Assembly: GCF_036971445.1 (NCBI RefSeq)
Contig: NC_091471.1
Location: 370,698,001-370,762,000, forward strand
DNA length: 64,000 nucleotides
Reading direction: 5' to 3'
Source: Narcine bancroftii
Taxonomy: Eukaryota
Positions 25,886 to 37,941 of this stretch are shown here, in pieces. Made by a program: the position numbers and the translations under genes. The number at the start of each line of letters is the position of its first letter. Position 1 is the stretch's first letter. Below the pieces are notes generated by a model, which worked only from the letters and a program-made list of their open reading frames with translations, made no database searches and was not told where the DNA came from.

Positions 25886-26759
25886 TATTTTGGTGAAGCT
25901 GAGGGCTCGTGTAAAGAAGAGCCAACAGGGCTGTTTTCTCAACAGTCTAAGATCCACCTTCCCCATCTGGTAATCAGAAAGATACCACATTAAGGAAGGG
26001 CATTATGTGTGAATACTTGCCTTTGACATGCCCTCCAAAAAATCCTATTAAAATTCTTCAGTTCATAGTTGGGTTAAACAGTGGGAAAGTTCACATTATT
26101 TTCCTTCAGTTGAGATCAATGGAACTTGAATGGAAGGGTCCCTCTCCCCTTGATTTCTGCCATTCAAAGAAACTGTGATGTAGATATGTTCATTTATCTC
26201 TACTTCTGAATGGCCAGATTATTTTTGAGATTTTGATACTTGGTTTCAGATATCCCATCCAGGGAAGACCTTAACTCTACATCTACCCTGCCATGCCTGA
26301 TAAGAGGTTTGCATATTTCAATCAGATCAATACTCATTATTCAAAACTGTAAGTAGTAGAGTTGGCTTAATCCCTTCTTGACGAACCTCATCCTGGGAAG
26401 CAATCAGGTGAACCTTCAATCCTTCTGTTCAAAGTATGTACCTCTTAAGTGAAGATCAAACTTGTATAAAATATTCCATGTCCAAATTCACACTGATTTT
26501 ACATCATTGCAGTAAGACTATTTTTACTTTTGTACTCAAATCCCTTGTGATTAAAACAATGAACCAATGAACTCCCCAACTGTTTGCTTCACTTGCAAGT
26601 GCACTTTGGCTTCTTGGAACACCAACATTTTTCTATTTTTCCGACAAAAGTTTACAATTTTTCTTTTTACGTTTCGTTTCTCATATCCTTGCCAGATGCT
26701 GGAAATACTATGTTTCAGGTTGAAGAAGCTGTCAAAACACTGCTACAGTATCTGGTACA

Positions 26760-26835
26760 CACCTGCAAATAACAGCTGTCGTGCTGTTGGTTTCTGAAAG
26801 TGTAGTATAAGCCTTTGACAGGAAGGAAAACCACA
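26760..26835. promoter_or_regulatory. Candidate lymphoid enhancer or distal promoter motif cluster upstream of the CD7-like gene
   Basis: Within 76 bp: E-boxes CACCTG (26760) and CAGCTG (26773), TCF-like CCTTTGA (26812), ETS ACAGGAAG (26818), RUNX AACCACA (26829). These short motifs could co-occur by chance. Confidence 0.3.
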
Positions 26836-27211
26836 ATGACCCGTTATTACTTTCTAGAAGAAGAGGCTTAAGAAAAGGTTTCTTAAAAAATAGAATATGG
26901 AAAATGCATAAACAAAGAAACAGGGTAATGTAGTTTCACAGTTAAAGTGTCCAAGAAAACAATGAAGACATTTATTGCAGAATGGTTGAAGGAGAATGTT
27001 TGATGTGGTCTCCTGTCAGGTTTAATGCTTTGAGGCAGTTATGTTTTAGCTGTTTGATTAATCTGTTTATTACATTACACATGTGTGTATATGAGTGCAT
27101 GTTCATGAAGAAGCATAGACATACGTGTGAGGGAGTGTGTGCCTATGTATATGCGTGTGCACGTATGGCTGTGTTTTTGGCGAAGAATGTGCGTTTATGT
27201 GTATGGACCTG

Positions 27212-27244
27212 ATCGCTTCTTGGCCTTTTGGCCAAGATCAAATG
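27212..27244 (+). pseudogene. U2 snRNA 5' fragment (first ~33 nt)
   Basis: ATCGCTTCTTGGCCTTTTGGCCAAGATCAAATG versus U2 ATCGCTTCTCGGCCTTTTGGCTAAGATCAAGTG (3 mismatches). Confidence 0.85.
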
Positions 27245-30200
27245 CGGATCATCTCATGTGAGCTGATCAACTGGATCTGTGGGAAAATGTAACATCAAGA
27301 AGGAAGAGGAAGACAATTGACAGGACCCTTGGTGTGGAAGAAATAGTTTGGTGTGAGCTTACCTGGTGATGTAGGGTCTGTGCCATGCTGATTGGGGACC
27401 AATCTAATGCCCTTTCCAACAGTAAACCAACCACCAGTCTCATGAGGATGTCTGCTACAGCGACCTTCTCTGGAGGTTGAAGAATCCAGAACACTGTCAG
27501 GGTGGCAGTGAAGGACCAAAGGGAAGTTTTCCTTTTTCCTGGGAACTTTTCATTCAGAAGATCTTGACGGAATGCTGCAAGTTTTAGGAAAGGACATCTA
27601 CAGTCTGCAGGACACAGTGGATCACAGTCATTTCAACAGGATGACAAGAGTTTGCTCTGGGACATCCAGAACAAAGGGAACATGGCTCCCATCTCACTCT
27701 TCATGATACAGCCACTCTTCATCCATCCAATATACAAGGTGCAAGTGATAACTGTTGCTCATTTAACCCACACGTGCCAGTTGTGGATGTTCTCACCTTC
27801 CTGGGCAGTTCAGTTGAGGGAACAAGGACCCGTGTGGATGTCAAAGTCATGTTTGGAATCTAGACCAGCAAACACCAAGTGAGGATGAGGCTGAGATTCC
27901 TTTTATCTGTGGGCACAGCAGAATTACCACTAATTAATTGGTAGTGCAAATAATAAACTGTACACATCATGAACATGTAAACAAACTGACTGTGCAATAC
28001 AGGAAGAGCAAAGCAAGTCAATAAAGTGCACGAGTCTCTGATTGAGATGCAGCTAGTCAGTACACTTTCCACCACACATCATCCACCTCTTCGCCCCCTG
28101 CCCCCTCCTCCATGCATGCCATTGATGGGAACCATGAGTACTTGATTTATGCTGGTCAGCTCAGAGTGTGCAAACAGGAAGGCTACCAGACCAAGGACTT
28201 TGCAGAAAGCAAGGGCTGCAATTTGCATGGGAAAGCAGGTACCTACACAGAACCTGCCAAAATGTGTAGCTATCTATGTACAGGCAAACGGCCAACATCA
28301 CCACCTCCAGTGAGGTCAACATCCCCTCAACCTCAACTGCAACAGAGACCCAGTAGTGATAAAGACCAGGGAGTGAGGAGCCCCAAAGCCTCAATCCCCA
28401 GCCATGAGGCCAGAAGTCCCACCCGAATAAGAAGAGTCAATGGAGGAGGGAGCTGCAGAGGAAAAATGGTAACATTGAAGAAAAGAAAGAAAAGGAAAAA
28501 ACCCCATGGAAGAAACTGGCAATCGACATTACAAACAGAGGGAATAGAAGAGTCAAGTTGGAAGCACAAGTGTCTAAGGATAAAGCCAGCATGAACTGGA
28601 CGAAGACAGAGGAAGTGCAAAGACAGTGGGGAAAGAAATGAGGTTAATGGGCTACGAGTAAGCCCAATGGTGCAAGGTACAGCATTCAGCAATCTCAGCT
28701 CCGTGAGAAGTGCGAGGTTGTCACCCCTTCAAATCTGGGAGACCAAGTGCAGTGCAACGGCAGATGCTGCCCTCCCGCTGACCCCACAACCCCACTGCCC
28801 CTCCTCAATTTTGGGGAAAAAATACAAGCCAGCAAGGAGATGGAGAAGGAGTATAGTGAATCTCCCCACAGCGACATGACCAGCCCTTCCTAAAGAGACC
28901 CAATTCCTAGTGGTCGATCACACCCTGTTCCTGAGCCTGAAATCAGTGCTGGAGTTCACTAAAGTGGTGGGCATGAGGGCACAGGCTGATTGACACTGAA
29001 CCTTAAGGATTGTGAACTTGAGACTCCATTAATCAACAATGGAGATTAAAATAGCAACCCTCAATGTGCACACAGTCAAACACATTCTTCTTTGGCTTGG
29101 CTTCGTGGACGAAGATTTATGGAGGGGGTAAAAGTCCACGTCAGCTGCAGGCTCGTTTGTGGCTGACAAGTCCGATGCGGGACAGGCAGACACGATTGCA
29201 GCGGTTGCAAGGGAAAATTGGTTGGTTGGGGTTGGGTGTTGGGTTTTTCCTCCTTTGCCTTTTGTCAGTGAGGTGGGCTCTGCGGTCTTCTTCAAAGGAG
29301 GCTGCTGCCCGCCAAACTGTGAGGCGCCAAGATGCACGGTTTGAGGCGTTATCAGCCCACTGGCGGTGGTCAATGTGGCAGGCACCAAGAGATTTCTTTA
29401 GGCAGTCCTTGTACCTTTTCTTTGGTGCACCTCTGTCACGGTGGCCAGTGGAGAGCTCGCCATATAATACGATCTTGGGAAGGCGATGGTCCTCCATTCT
29501 GGAGACGTGACCCATCCAGCGCAGCTGGATCTTCAGCAGCGTGGACTCGAATCTGTCGACCTCTGCCATCTCGAGTACCTCGACGTTAGGGGTGTGAGCG
29601 CTCCAATGGATGTTGAGGATGGAGCGGAGACAACGCTGGTGGAAGCGTTCTAGGAGCCGTAGGTGGTGCCGGTAGAGGACCCATGATTCGGAGCCGAACA
29701 GGAGTGTGGGTATGACAACGGCTCTGTATACGCTTATCTTTGTGAGGTTTTTCAGTTGGTTGTTTTTCCAGACTCTTTTGTGTAGTCTTCCAAAGGCGCT
29801 ATTTGCCTTGGCGAGTCTGTTGTCTATCTCGTTGTCGATCCTTGCATCTGATGAAATGGTGCAGCCGAGATAGGTAAACTGGTTGACCGTTTTGAGTTTT
29901 GTGTGCCCGATGGAGATGTGGGGGGGCTGGTAGTCATGGTGGGGAGCTGGCTGATGGAGGACCTCAGTTTTCTTCAGGCTGACTTCCAGGCCAAACATTT
30001 TGGCAGTTTCCGCAAAGCAGGACGTCAAGCGCTGAAGAGCTGGCTCTGAATGGGCAACTAAAGCGGCATCATCTGCAAAGAGTAGTTCACGGACAAGTTT
30101 CTCTTGTGTCTTGGTGTGAGCTTGCAGGCGCCTCAGATTGAAGAGACTGCCATCCGTGCGGTACCGGATGTAAACAGCGTCTTCATTGTTGGGGTCTTTC

Positions 30201-31625
30201 ATGGCTTGGTTCAGCATCATGCTGAAGAAGATTGAAAAGAGGGTTGGTGCGAGAACACAGCCTTGCTTCACGCCATTGTTAATGGAGAAGGGTTCAGAGA
30301 GCTCATTGCTGTATCTGACCCGACCTTGTTGGTTTTCGTGCAGTTGGATAATCATGTTGAGGAACTTTGGGGGACATCCGATGCGCTCTAGTATTTGCCA
30401 AAGCCCTTTCCTGCTCACGGTGTCGAAGGCTTTGGTGAGGTCAACAAAGGTGATGTAGAGTCCTTTGTTTTGTTCTCTACACTTTTCTTGGAGCTGTCTG
30501 AGGGCAAAGACCATGTCAGTGGTTCCTCTGTTAGCGCGAAAGCCGCACTGTGATTCTGGGAGAATATTCTCAGTGACACTAGGTATTATTCTATTTAGTA
30601 GAATCCTAGCGAAGATTTTGCCTGCAATGGAGAGCAACGTGATTCCCCTGTAGTTTGAGCAGTCTGATTTCTCGCCTTTGTTTTTGTACAGGGTGATGAT
30701 GGTGGCATCACGAAGATCCTGAGGCAGTTTACCTTGGTCCCAACAAAGCTTGAAAAACTCATGCAGTTTGGCATGCAGAGTTTTGCCGCCAGCCTTCCAG
30801 ACTTCTGGGGGGATTCCATCCATACCTGCTGCTTTGCCACTTTTCAGTTGTTCGATTGCCTTATATGTCTCATCCAGGGTGGGAACCTCATCCAGCTCTA
30901 GCCTTAGGGGCTGTTGAGGGAGCTGGAGCAGGGCGGAATCTTGGACTGAGCGGTTGGTACTGAAAAGAGATTGGAAGTGTTCTGACCATCGGTTGAGGAT
31001 GGAGATCTTGTCGCTGAGGAGGACTTTGCCGTCTGAGCTGCGCAGCGGGCTTTGGACTTGGGGTGAGGGGCCGTACACAGCCTTTAGAGCCTCGTAGAAA
31101 CCCCTGAAGTCGCCAATGTCCGCGCTGAGCTGTGTTCGTTTGGCGAGGCTAGTCCACCACTCATTTTGGATCTCCCGGAGTTTGCGCTGAAGATGGCTGC
31201 ATGCGCGACGGAAGGCTTGTTTCTTCTCTGGACAGGACGGCTTTGTAAGGTGAGCCTGGTGGGCAGCTCGCTTCTTTGCCAGCAGCTCCTGGATTTCCTG
31301 GCTGTTTTCGTCAAACCAGTCCTTGTTTTTCCTGGAGGAGAAGCCCAGTACCTCTTCAGTGGATTGCAGTATTGCAGTATGCACACAGTCAAACACATTA
31401 TACAATGTGTAAATGCCTTGCCAAAGTCAAGCCAGATGTTACTATCATACAGGAGTTTCATCAGGTGGTCACAATGATGGCCCCATAGGTTGTCTGTATG
31501 GCCGCACATCTAGTCTTGGTATCTTGCTGCAGAGAGGCAACTTTGTAATCACCAAGGCTAAAGAGGTGGTTGAGGGGACGTCTCTTCATTGTGGACTTCG
31601 CCTTTCTCTTAGGGAATTCATTCAA
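27245..31625 (+). mobile_element. Degenerate Tx1-group (Keno-like) LINE: 5' region, ORF1 remnants and start of the ORF2 endonuclease; interrupted by a Rex-Babar fragment (~27880-28075) and an RTE
   Basis: ORF1-like NTVRVAVK, IYSLQD and YAGQLRVC..C with decayed zinc knuckles; ORF2 start MEIKIATLNV (29039) continues past the RTE into PDVTIIQEFH (APE motifs). A second fragment lies on the minus strand at ~32190-32360. Confidence 0.6.
29087..31379 (-). mobile_element. Young RTE-clade LINE with intact RT reading frame, 5'-truncated (no endonuclease)
   Basis: Uninterrupted 754-aa ORF (NYRGITLL, FVDLTKAFD, GVKQGC, LLFADD); perfect 20-bp TSD TGCACACAGTCAAACACATT at 29067-29086 and 31380-31399; (GAA)n tail. 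Confidence 0.95.
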
Positions 31626-33019
31626 TAAGTAGTCAACCTAATATATAATGTAAAAAGCATAAATGTTTAAATTCTGCATCAAATAGTTAGAACCAATAGA
31701 ATGCTACAGCACAGAAAACAGGCCTTTCAGCCCTTCTATCTGTGCCAACCATCATCCTGCTAGTCCCATTAACCTACTCCGTAACCCTCCAGACCTTTCC
31801 CATCATGTAGTTATCCAATTTATTCTTAAAACTTAAGATCAAGGCCACATTCACCACATCAGATGGAAGCTCATTCCACACTCCCACAACTCTCTGAGTG
31901 AAGAACCTTCCCCTAATGCTTCCCCTAAACCTCTCCCCTTTCAGCTCAAAACTGAGTTTTAGAGTTTATGTTCCTTGACATAATTATTTCCTCGGTTGAG
32001 GTGTAATTAGAGATGGATAATAATTGCAGATATTCCAAACATCCATGTCTCATGAACAAATAAATGAATATACAGTACAATTCCGATTATCTGAAATTGG
32101 ATTCTCCAAAGTATTTTGGAGCCAAATTGACCTCACAGGTTGAAAAAAAATTAACTCGACATGAAATTAGAACAACGATTGACCTTGGTTCAGGAAACTC
32201 CCTTCCCTCTCTCATTCCATGTCTTCTTTACCTTCCCCTATTGACATTTCTCCAACTCTCCCCCTCAAACCGCACTTGGTCTCCCGGATTTGAAGGTGTG
32301 ACAATCTCTTAATTCTTGCAGAGCTGAGGTTGCAAAGTGGTGTACCTTGCACCATCTGGCTTACATCACAGAGGCAATGGCCATCATCCATAGAGCTGTT
32401 GGTTCTGTATGCAAACTGCAGGGGATCCAGTGATGGGGGCAACAGGGTCTTGATGTGGCTCATGACAAGCCTCTTGAACGTGAGTGCAACATTCTCATAC
32501 ATTCTCGTGAGAATAAATTCAGCCAATCCTATCTCTCCTTGTAACTACTACAGCTGTCCAGTCCAGACAATGCCCTGGTGAACCTTGTCTGCACTTTCTG
32601 TTGTTACAGTATCCTTCCAGTTGTCAAATCTGACAGAAACTTGAATCTCCTGTTCCCCTTCCATTGCCATCCTAAGTTCATAGTAAGAATGCACTGTTTC
32701 AATAGTAGCTCTGTGTTCAACTCCACTTCCAGAATATGATGCTCAGGTTTTGAAATGGTCCCTCAGAGAATGGACTATTTTTGACTCCAACAACCAGTTC
32801 TCAAGTGGACCAGCTTATCACTCATTCCTTGAAGAAGGGCTTAGGCCCGAAACATCAATGATACATTACCTCCTCAGACACTGCGAGGCCAGTGGAGTTC
32901 CTCTAGAATTTCTGTGTTTTGACAGTTCACAAGCGGAGAACTATTTTCACTGTATTTCATATTCAGTACTACTCCTGGAGCTCATTTTTTAAAATTTAAA
33001 TTTAGACATATAGCACAGT

Positions 33020-33205
33020 AACAAGCCCTTTCAGCCCACAAGCCCGTGACGCCCAATTACATCTAATTGAGATACACCCCAGTAACCTGGAAGAAACTCA
33101 CGCAGACATGAGGAGAATGGACAAACCATGGGATTAAAACCCCAGTTCTGGTCACTGGCACTGTAACAGCGTTGTGCTAACACTACACTAACCATGCTGC
33201 CCATT
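33020..33205 (-). mobile_element. tRNA-derived V-SINE-like element
   Basis: A/B-box-like head and GTTTGTCCATTCTCC..GTCTGCGTGAGTTTC core; similar to 39358-39530. Confidence 0.6.
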
Positions 33206-34734
33206 TGTAGGCAGCCATCTTCCAACTTAGAGACAAGACTGCTGTCAACTGAACCGTGAAGGAATGGCCTTTCTTGGAGTATAATTGAGGAGTCTGAGGA
33301 GATTTTGTACGTCATCAAGATTCTCAAAAACTTCTACAGGTATACCGTGGAGAGCATTCTGGCTGGTTGCATCACTGTCTGGTCTGGAGGTTCCCATGCA
33401 CCATGATGACTTGTTCATAACAATAAATTCTGATTCTCCTTCTATGAGGGAGAAGTTATAGCCTCATATCCTCACAGTGTTAACACTAGGTGGAGTGTGA
33501 TACCAATGAAAGCAAGTCCTCAGATGCAAAATAGTTGTGACAATACACCACTGTTTCCACGCTCATTCTCACAGTTGAGGTACAATGTCCTTGGGCTACA
33601 AATGTCCTCAGAATATACAGGCACTCTCCACATTTATGGACAAGCTGTCGACCATTGTTGCAAAATACTGGAGGCCAAGTATATCCTGTGAAACAAAATT
33701 GCAACCCAATCTGCGGACCCAATGTTGTTAGTCAGCATTTCCCAACTTTGTCATTTTCACCAGCTTGTGGCTTGTGTCGTGGTTTTCCCAAAGCCTAATA
33801 ATGAGTCTGGAGATGCGGAGAATTCTTCAGTAGCAAAATACCTTTATTTGCAAACAAAGGTCTGAGACAATTCAGAGAAGCAAGTTCTCAGAAAGTCTAC
33901 CTGTGGCTTGAGTTGGGCTGTTTTTATGCTAAAATCTTATCTGTCCTCATCACTTCATCGTCCCTTTCGTTAACTGGATCCAACTCCTTCTCCTCTTATC
34001 TCGGTGCATTCCCATCCCGCCTTCACCAGTTATAATACATTCATTGTCTTATCCACGTGTTACATCGTCAGTTCTGGCCCCTTATCTTTCACTTTTCTGT
34101 CTCTCCAGTCCTTGTATGGAGTGTTACATTGTTTTGCCACTATTATCTTTTTTATTCAAATAGTTTGTTCATTTCTAGAATATTTACAGAGAGTTCCCTA
34201 CATAGGAGTTTGCATACCAAGCCATATATAGAAAGTTTACAGAGGGTACACATAGAAAAGGTCATTAGCTAAGTCTGTACAGCATTTAATTGTGAAAAAT
34301 GTTGGGATCATGTATCATTAGGTGCAAAGTTAATAAAAGTACAAAGTCATATATTTTTATATTCCATACTTGTCTGGAAAACAGAAAGGGAAGAGGAGAT
34401 TTAGAAGTGGATGGAACAGCAAAGGTGACTACCTCTGGGAGAAAGGTCAAGTGATGCAAGGGGGAGAAGGGATGAGAGTGGAGCTGACTGGGGATTGGAG
34501 GAATTAGGAAGCAGAATTGAGGGAGGCGAATTAGAATGGTGAAAAGGGAGGTTCAGATGGGAATGCAGAGGGTGTCAGATGAGGATGAAGAAGCGACAGG
34601 TGGAAAGTGAAAAGGAATTGATGAGGTCAAGAGATTAAAGGGGAGAGGATTTGCGGAGGGTGAAAAGAGGAGAGTGAAATTGGTAAAAGATTGGAGGGGA
34701 ATGGAAAGTGGATTGAGTAAAAATGAGAAGGGTC

Positions 34735-34912
34735 AGCAGGTAATGAAGAGTCAGAGGTTAATGAGGAGGAACAGAGAGAAGAGTCAGAGGGTAATGAGGA
34801 GGAACAGAGAGAAGAGTCAGAGGGTAATGAGGAGGAACAGAGAGAAGAGTCAGAGGGTAATGTGGAGGAACAGAGGGAAGAGAGAAGAGTCAGAGGGTAA
34901 TGAGGAGGAACA
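34735..34912. repeat. Purine-rich minisatellite, 33-bp unit AGAGAGAAGAGTCAGAGGGTAATGAGGAGGAAC
   Basis: About 5 tandem copies. Confidence 0.85.
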
Positions 34913-35661
34913 GATGGAAGAGTGAAGACTAGACCAGAGAATGATAAGGGATGAATGATGCATAGTAGTTTAGTAAACATAGTATTTGTGTTGACACTCA
35001 ATTGACCAGTTCTCTTCTCAGTCAAGATCTTAAGTTAACTCTGTTACAATAAAACCCTTATTGTAGAGAGATATTAACCTACAAAGACGAGATGACAACT
35101 ACTTTTGTCAGTTTCCCGAATGAATTTAATAATGTATTTTCCAGACATTCACCTCCTTCTCCCATCCACTGAGGAGCTTCTTAAAGCAGTTTAAACAAAA
35201 TTATTTTATTTTTAAGTGAAATTATAACTTTAAACAGCATTTCCAGAACACAAGTACAATTTTTATAAAGCATACCACTAAGATAGAGATGAACAAGTCA
35301 TGTGACTCAAAGAAACCCTGGAGGAGATCCTACTAGGACCAAGACTAAGGGGAGAAAAAAATCAGGTTCAAGTTTAAGTTTATTCTAATCGGAGAGTCCA
35401 TATACAACCCAACATAAAGACTTTTCTCCGGACTACGGAGCACAAAACATGGAGACCCAGTCCAGGATAATCACACGTGTAAAGATATAACTCTGGGCCT
35501 TTTTATAGTTGCAACTCTTACTGCCTTCTAATCTTTACAGTTGTTCTATCTTCATGTCTTTATTAATCATCTTGTAATCACATTATCTGAAGATTTTGTT
35601 GCTTTTGCTGAATGGATATAGCATTGCTCTCCTTTCCCTTGTTGACATGAATGGGAACAGG

Positions 35662-35851
35662 TTCTTCTTCTTTGGCTTGGCTTCGCGGACGAAGATTTAT
35701 GGAGGGGGTAAATGTCCACGTCAGCTGCAGGCTCATTTGTGGCTGACAAGTCCGATGCGGGACAGGCAGACACGGTTGCAGCGGTTGCAGGGGAAAATTG
35801 GTGGGTTGGGGTTGGGTGTTGGGGTTTTCCTCCTTTGTCTTTTGTCAGTGA
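35662..35851 (-). mobile_element. RTE-clade LINE, short 3' end
   Basis: Same 3' end as the other RTE copies; near-TSD GAACAGGTT/GAATAGGTT. Confidence 0.9.
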
Positions 35852-37749
35852 ATAGGTTACTGATTAGAGATATGACCAGATTTCCGTTTTGCTTGAAAAC
35901 GGAGGTGAGCAAAATGGTTACAATATTGTTTCCAGAATAGGCACTTCAATGGTTCTATTCAGTGAACTATACAGAGGAGGGGAGGATGGTCAGCAATTAG
36001 GTGAGGGATAAGACAAGGGGATAGAAAGGAGAAATGCCCTCATCTCTCAGTTTTGTGCTCTGAACAAACTTGGTAATATTACATGGTTTTCTCATCTGTA
36101 TTACTGTTATAGAACAGAGAACGCTACAACAATAGGCCCTTCGGCCCTCAATGTTGTGCTGACCTACTGTACATATTCCTACCCAAAAAAAGCTAAACCC
36201 TTCCTACTTCACAAACTCTCTTTCTTAATGTTCCAGACTCCACCATCATCCCTGGCAAAGGCATTCCAGGCACCCACAACTCTCTTTGCCAAAAAAAACT
36301 GATGTCTCCCCCAAACTTTCCTCCATTCACTTGATACAGATGTCCACTGGTGTTTGCATACTCCCACCCTGGGAAAAAGGCACTGGCTGTCCACCTTATC
36401 TACATTATATATTGTGAATAGCTGAAGCTCTGTTCTATGCAATAGCTCACTCCTCACTGCTTGCCTTTGTCTTCTATTCATCTCGTCCAGTTGAACTCAG
36501 TTTAATGTTCTGACATCTCAACGTTTGTAATTACTCTTCTGTGCCTGTGGTGTATGCTCAACACAAGAACTGCTACACTCTACAAACCATCTGAAGTGTT
36601 GCCTAATTTTTCCGGAAAGATGTCACTCTGCATAATGAAATATTTCATCAGAAAAATAAACATCAGAAAATGGAGCCTAATCATCCAAAGGCCCAGACCA
36701 TCTGGAATCACAAAATATAAATCCCATCATGGATGTTTGGGAATGGAATGGGCGTGATGAAATCGTGATCAATTCAAGATGCAGGCCAAACATCTCCAGG
36801 TGGAGACTGGGGAAAAGATCACATCAGCAAAGTATCCTGGAACAGAGGAGAAGCAAAGGTGGCGCCAAAATATTTCCTGAACAAAAGCAGTTTCTTCACC
36901 TACACCACAAAATAACTAAAAGCAACATACATTTTTCACAACTTTTCAGAATGTAAAAATAATCAAAATAAACTCAACTAGGCCCACCCTGACCTAACAG
37001 GCTCTTCCTGATGGTCAGACCTCACTTTGCATATAAATTTCACGACATTCACTTTCATTGAATCAGATTCGATCACTTCACCTGAATAGTGGATCTTTGT
37101 TAAAATACTGGAAGCACTGATCTTACTTGTGTTTTAAAGGTTTCAGTAACCCAGTCTCACTGGAATCTCCAAGTGTTAGGGACTGATCATGAAACAGTAC
37201 AATATCAAGTCGCCAGTTCACTTTCCATTTACATGGCTCATATAAGCAGTTGTGGAGGCTGGTAAGTAAGCTGGTCTGTAAGTCTGTCCTCAGTTTGATG
37301 TCTGAAGCCCACTGCCCCGCTCCCCCACCGACAGCCCACCACCAGGCCCCAACAATAGACAGTGGTGATTAGCAAGGTATTGCTTAAGGTGGTATGTGAC
37401 CGCTTTTTCCCATGCTACTTTATATATTGTGAGCATGTGTTTTATTCCCGCTATGATTTTCCCATGCTCTTCTATTAATTGTTGTGTGTTAATAAAAGTG
37501 AGGTTTGATAGCAAACCCTTGTGTCCAGACTCATCTCTCATGGACTTTCTCAGTACAACAGTGACCAGTGCGGGGATTGACAGTGTTACTGTCGGCAATA
37601 TTCAACATTATCACCCTAATTTCAACCTGCCTCCAAGACAGGGGGAATATTTTTGAGCCATTGTTTGGGGAAAAAACAAGTGGGTCTAAAATGCCATTAA
37701 ATATAGTATGTTACACATGACTCTAGATGCAGACGCTGTTGAGTAACAC

Positions 37750-37941
37750 CTTTTTTTGTCACATAATACTACATTCAGAATGTTATACATGAAATTCTTT
37801 AATTTTGTCATCTGTAAGGAAGACAGAGTCGCCACTTTGTCCAGTGCCCCCTCACAGAAACCTACAGCACCTGGTGTTCCCAGGCGGTCTCCCCTCCAAC
37901 TACTGACCAATCCTGAGCCTGCTTAGCTTCCGAGATCAGAC
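37750..37941 (-). mobile_element. 5S rRNA-derived SINE (SINE3-like), 5'-truncated
   Basis: 37858-37941 matches 5S rRNA nt ~37-120 (GTCTGATCTCGGAAGCTAAGCAGG...GGAGACCGCCTGGGAA...GGTGCTGTAGG) and is fused to a non-5S body resembling 44765-44860. Confidence 0.75.

Noticed and set aside
27212-27244. Functional U2 snRNA gene
   Set aside because: Only ~33 nt are present; the branch-pairing region and Sm site are absent.
29029-31628. Many overlapping or antisense ORFs around the RTE copies
   Set aside because: Shadow frames of GC-rich RT coding sequence, repeated near-identically in each copy; the N-terminus of the 754-aa ORF comes from the target site, not a real start.
37858-37941. Functional 5S rRNA gene
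   Set aside because: The first ~36 nt are missing, there are several substitutions, it is fused to a repeat body, and there is no tandem array.
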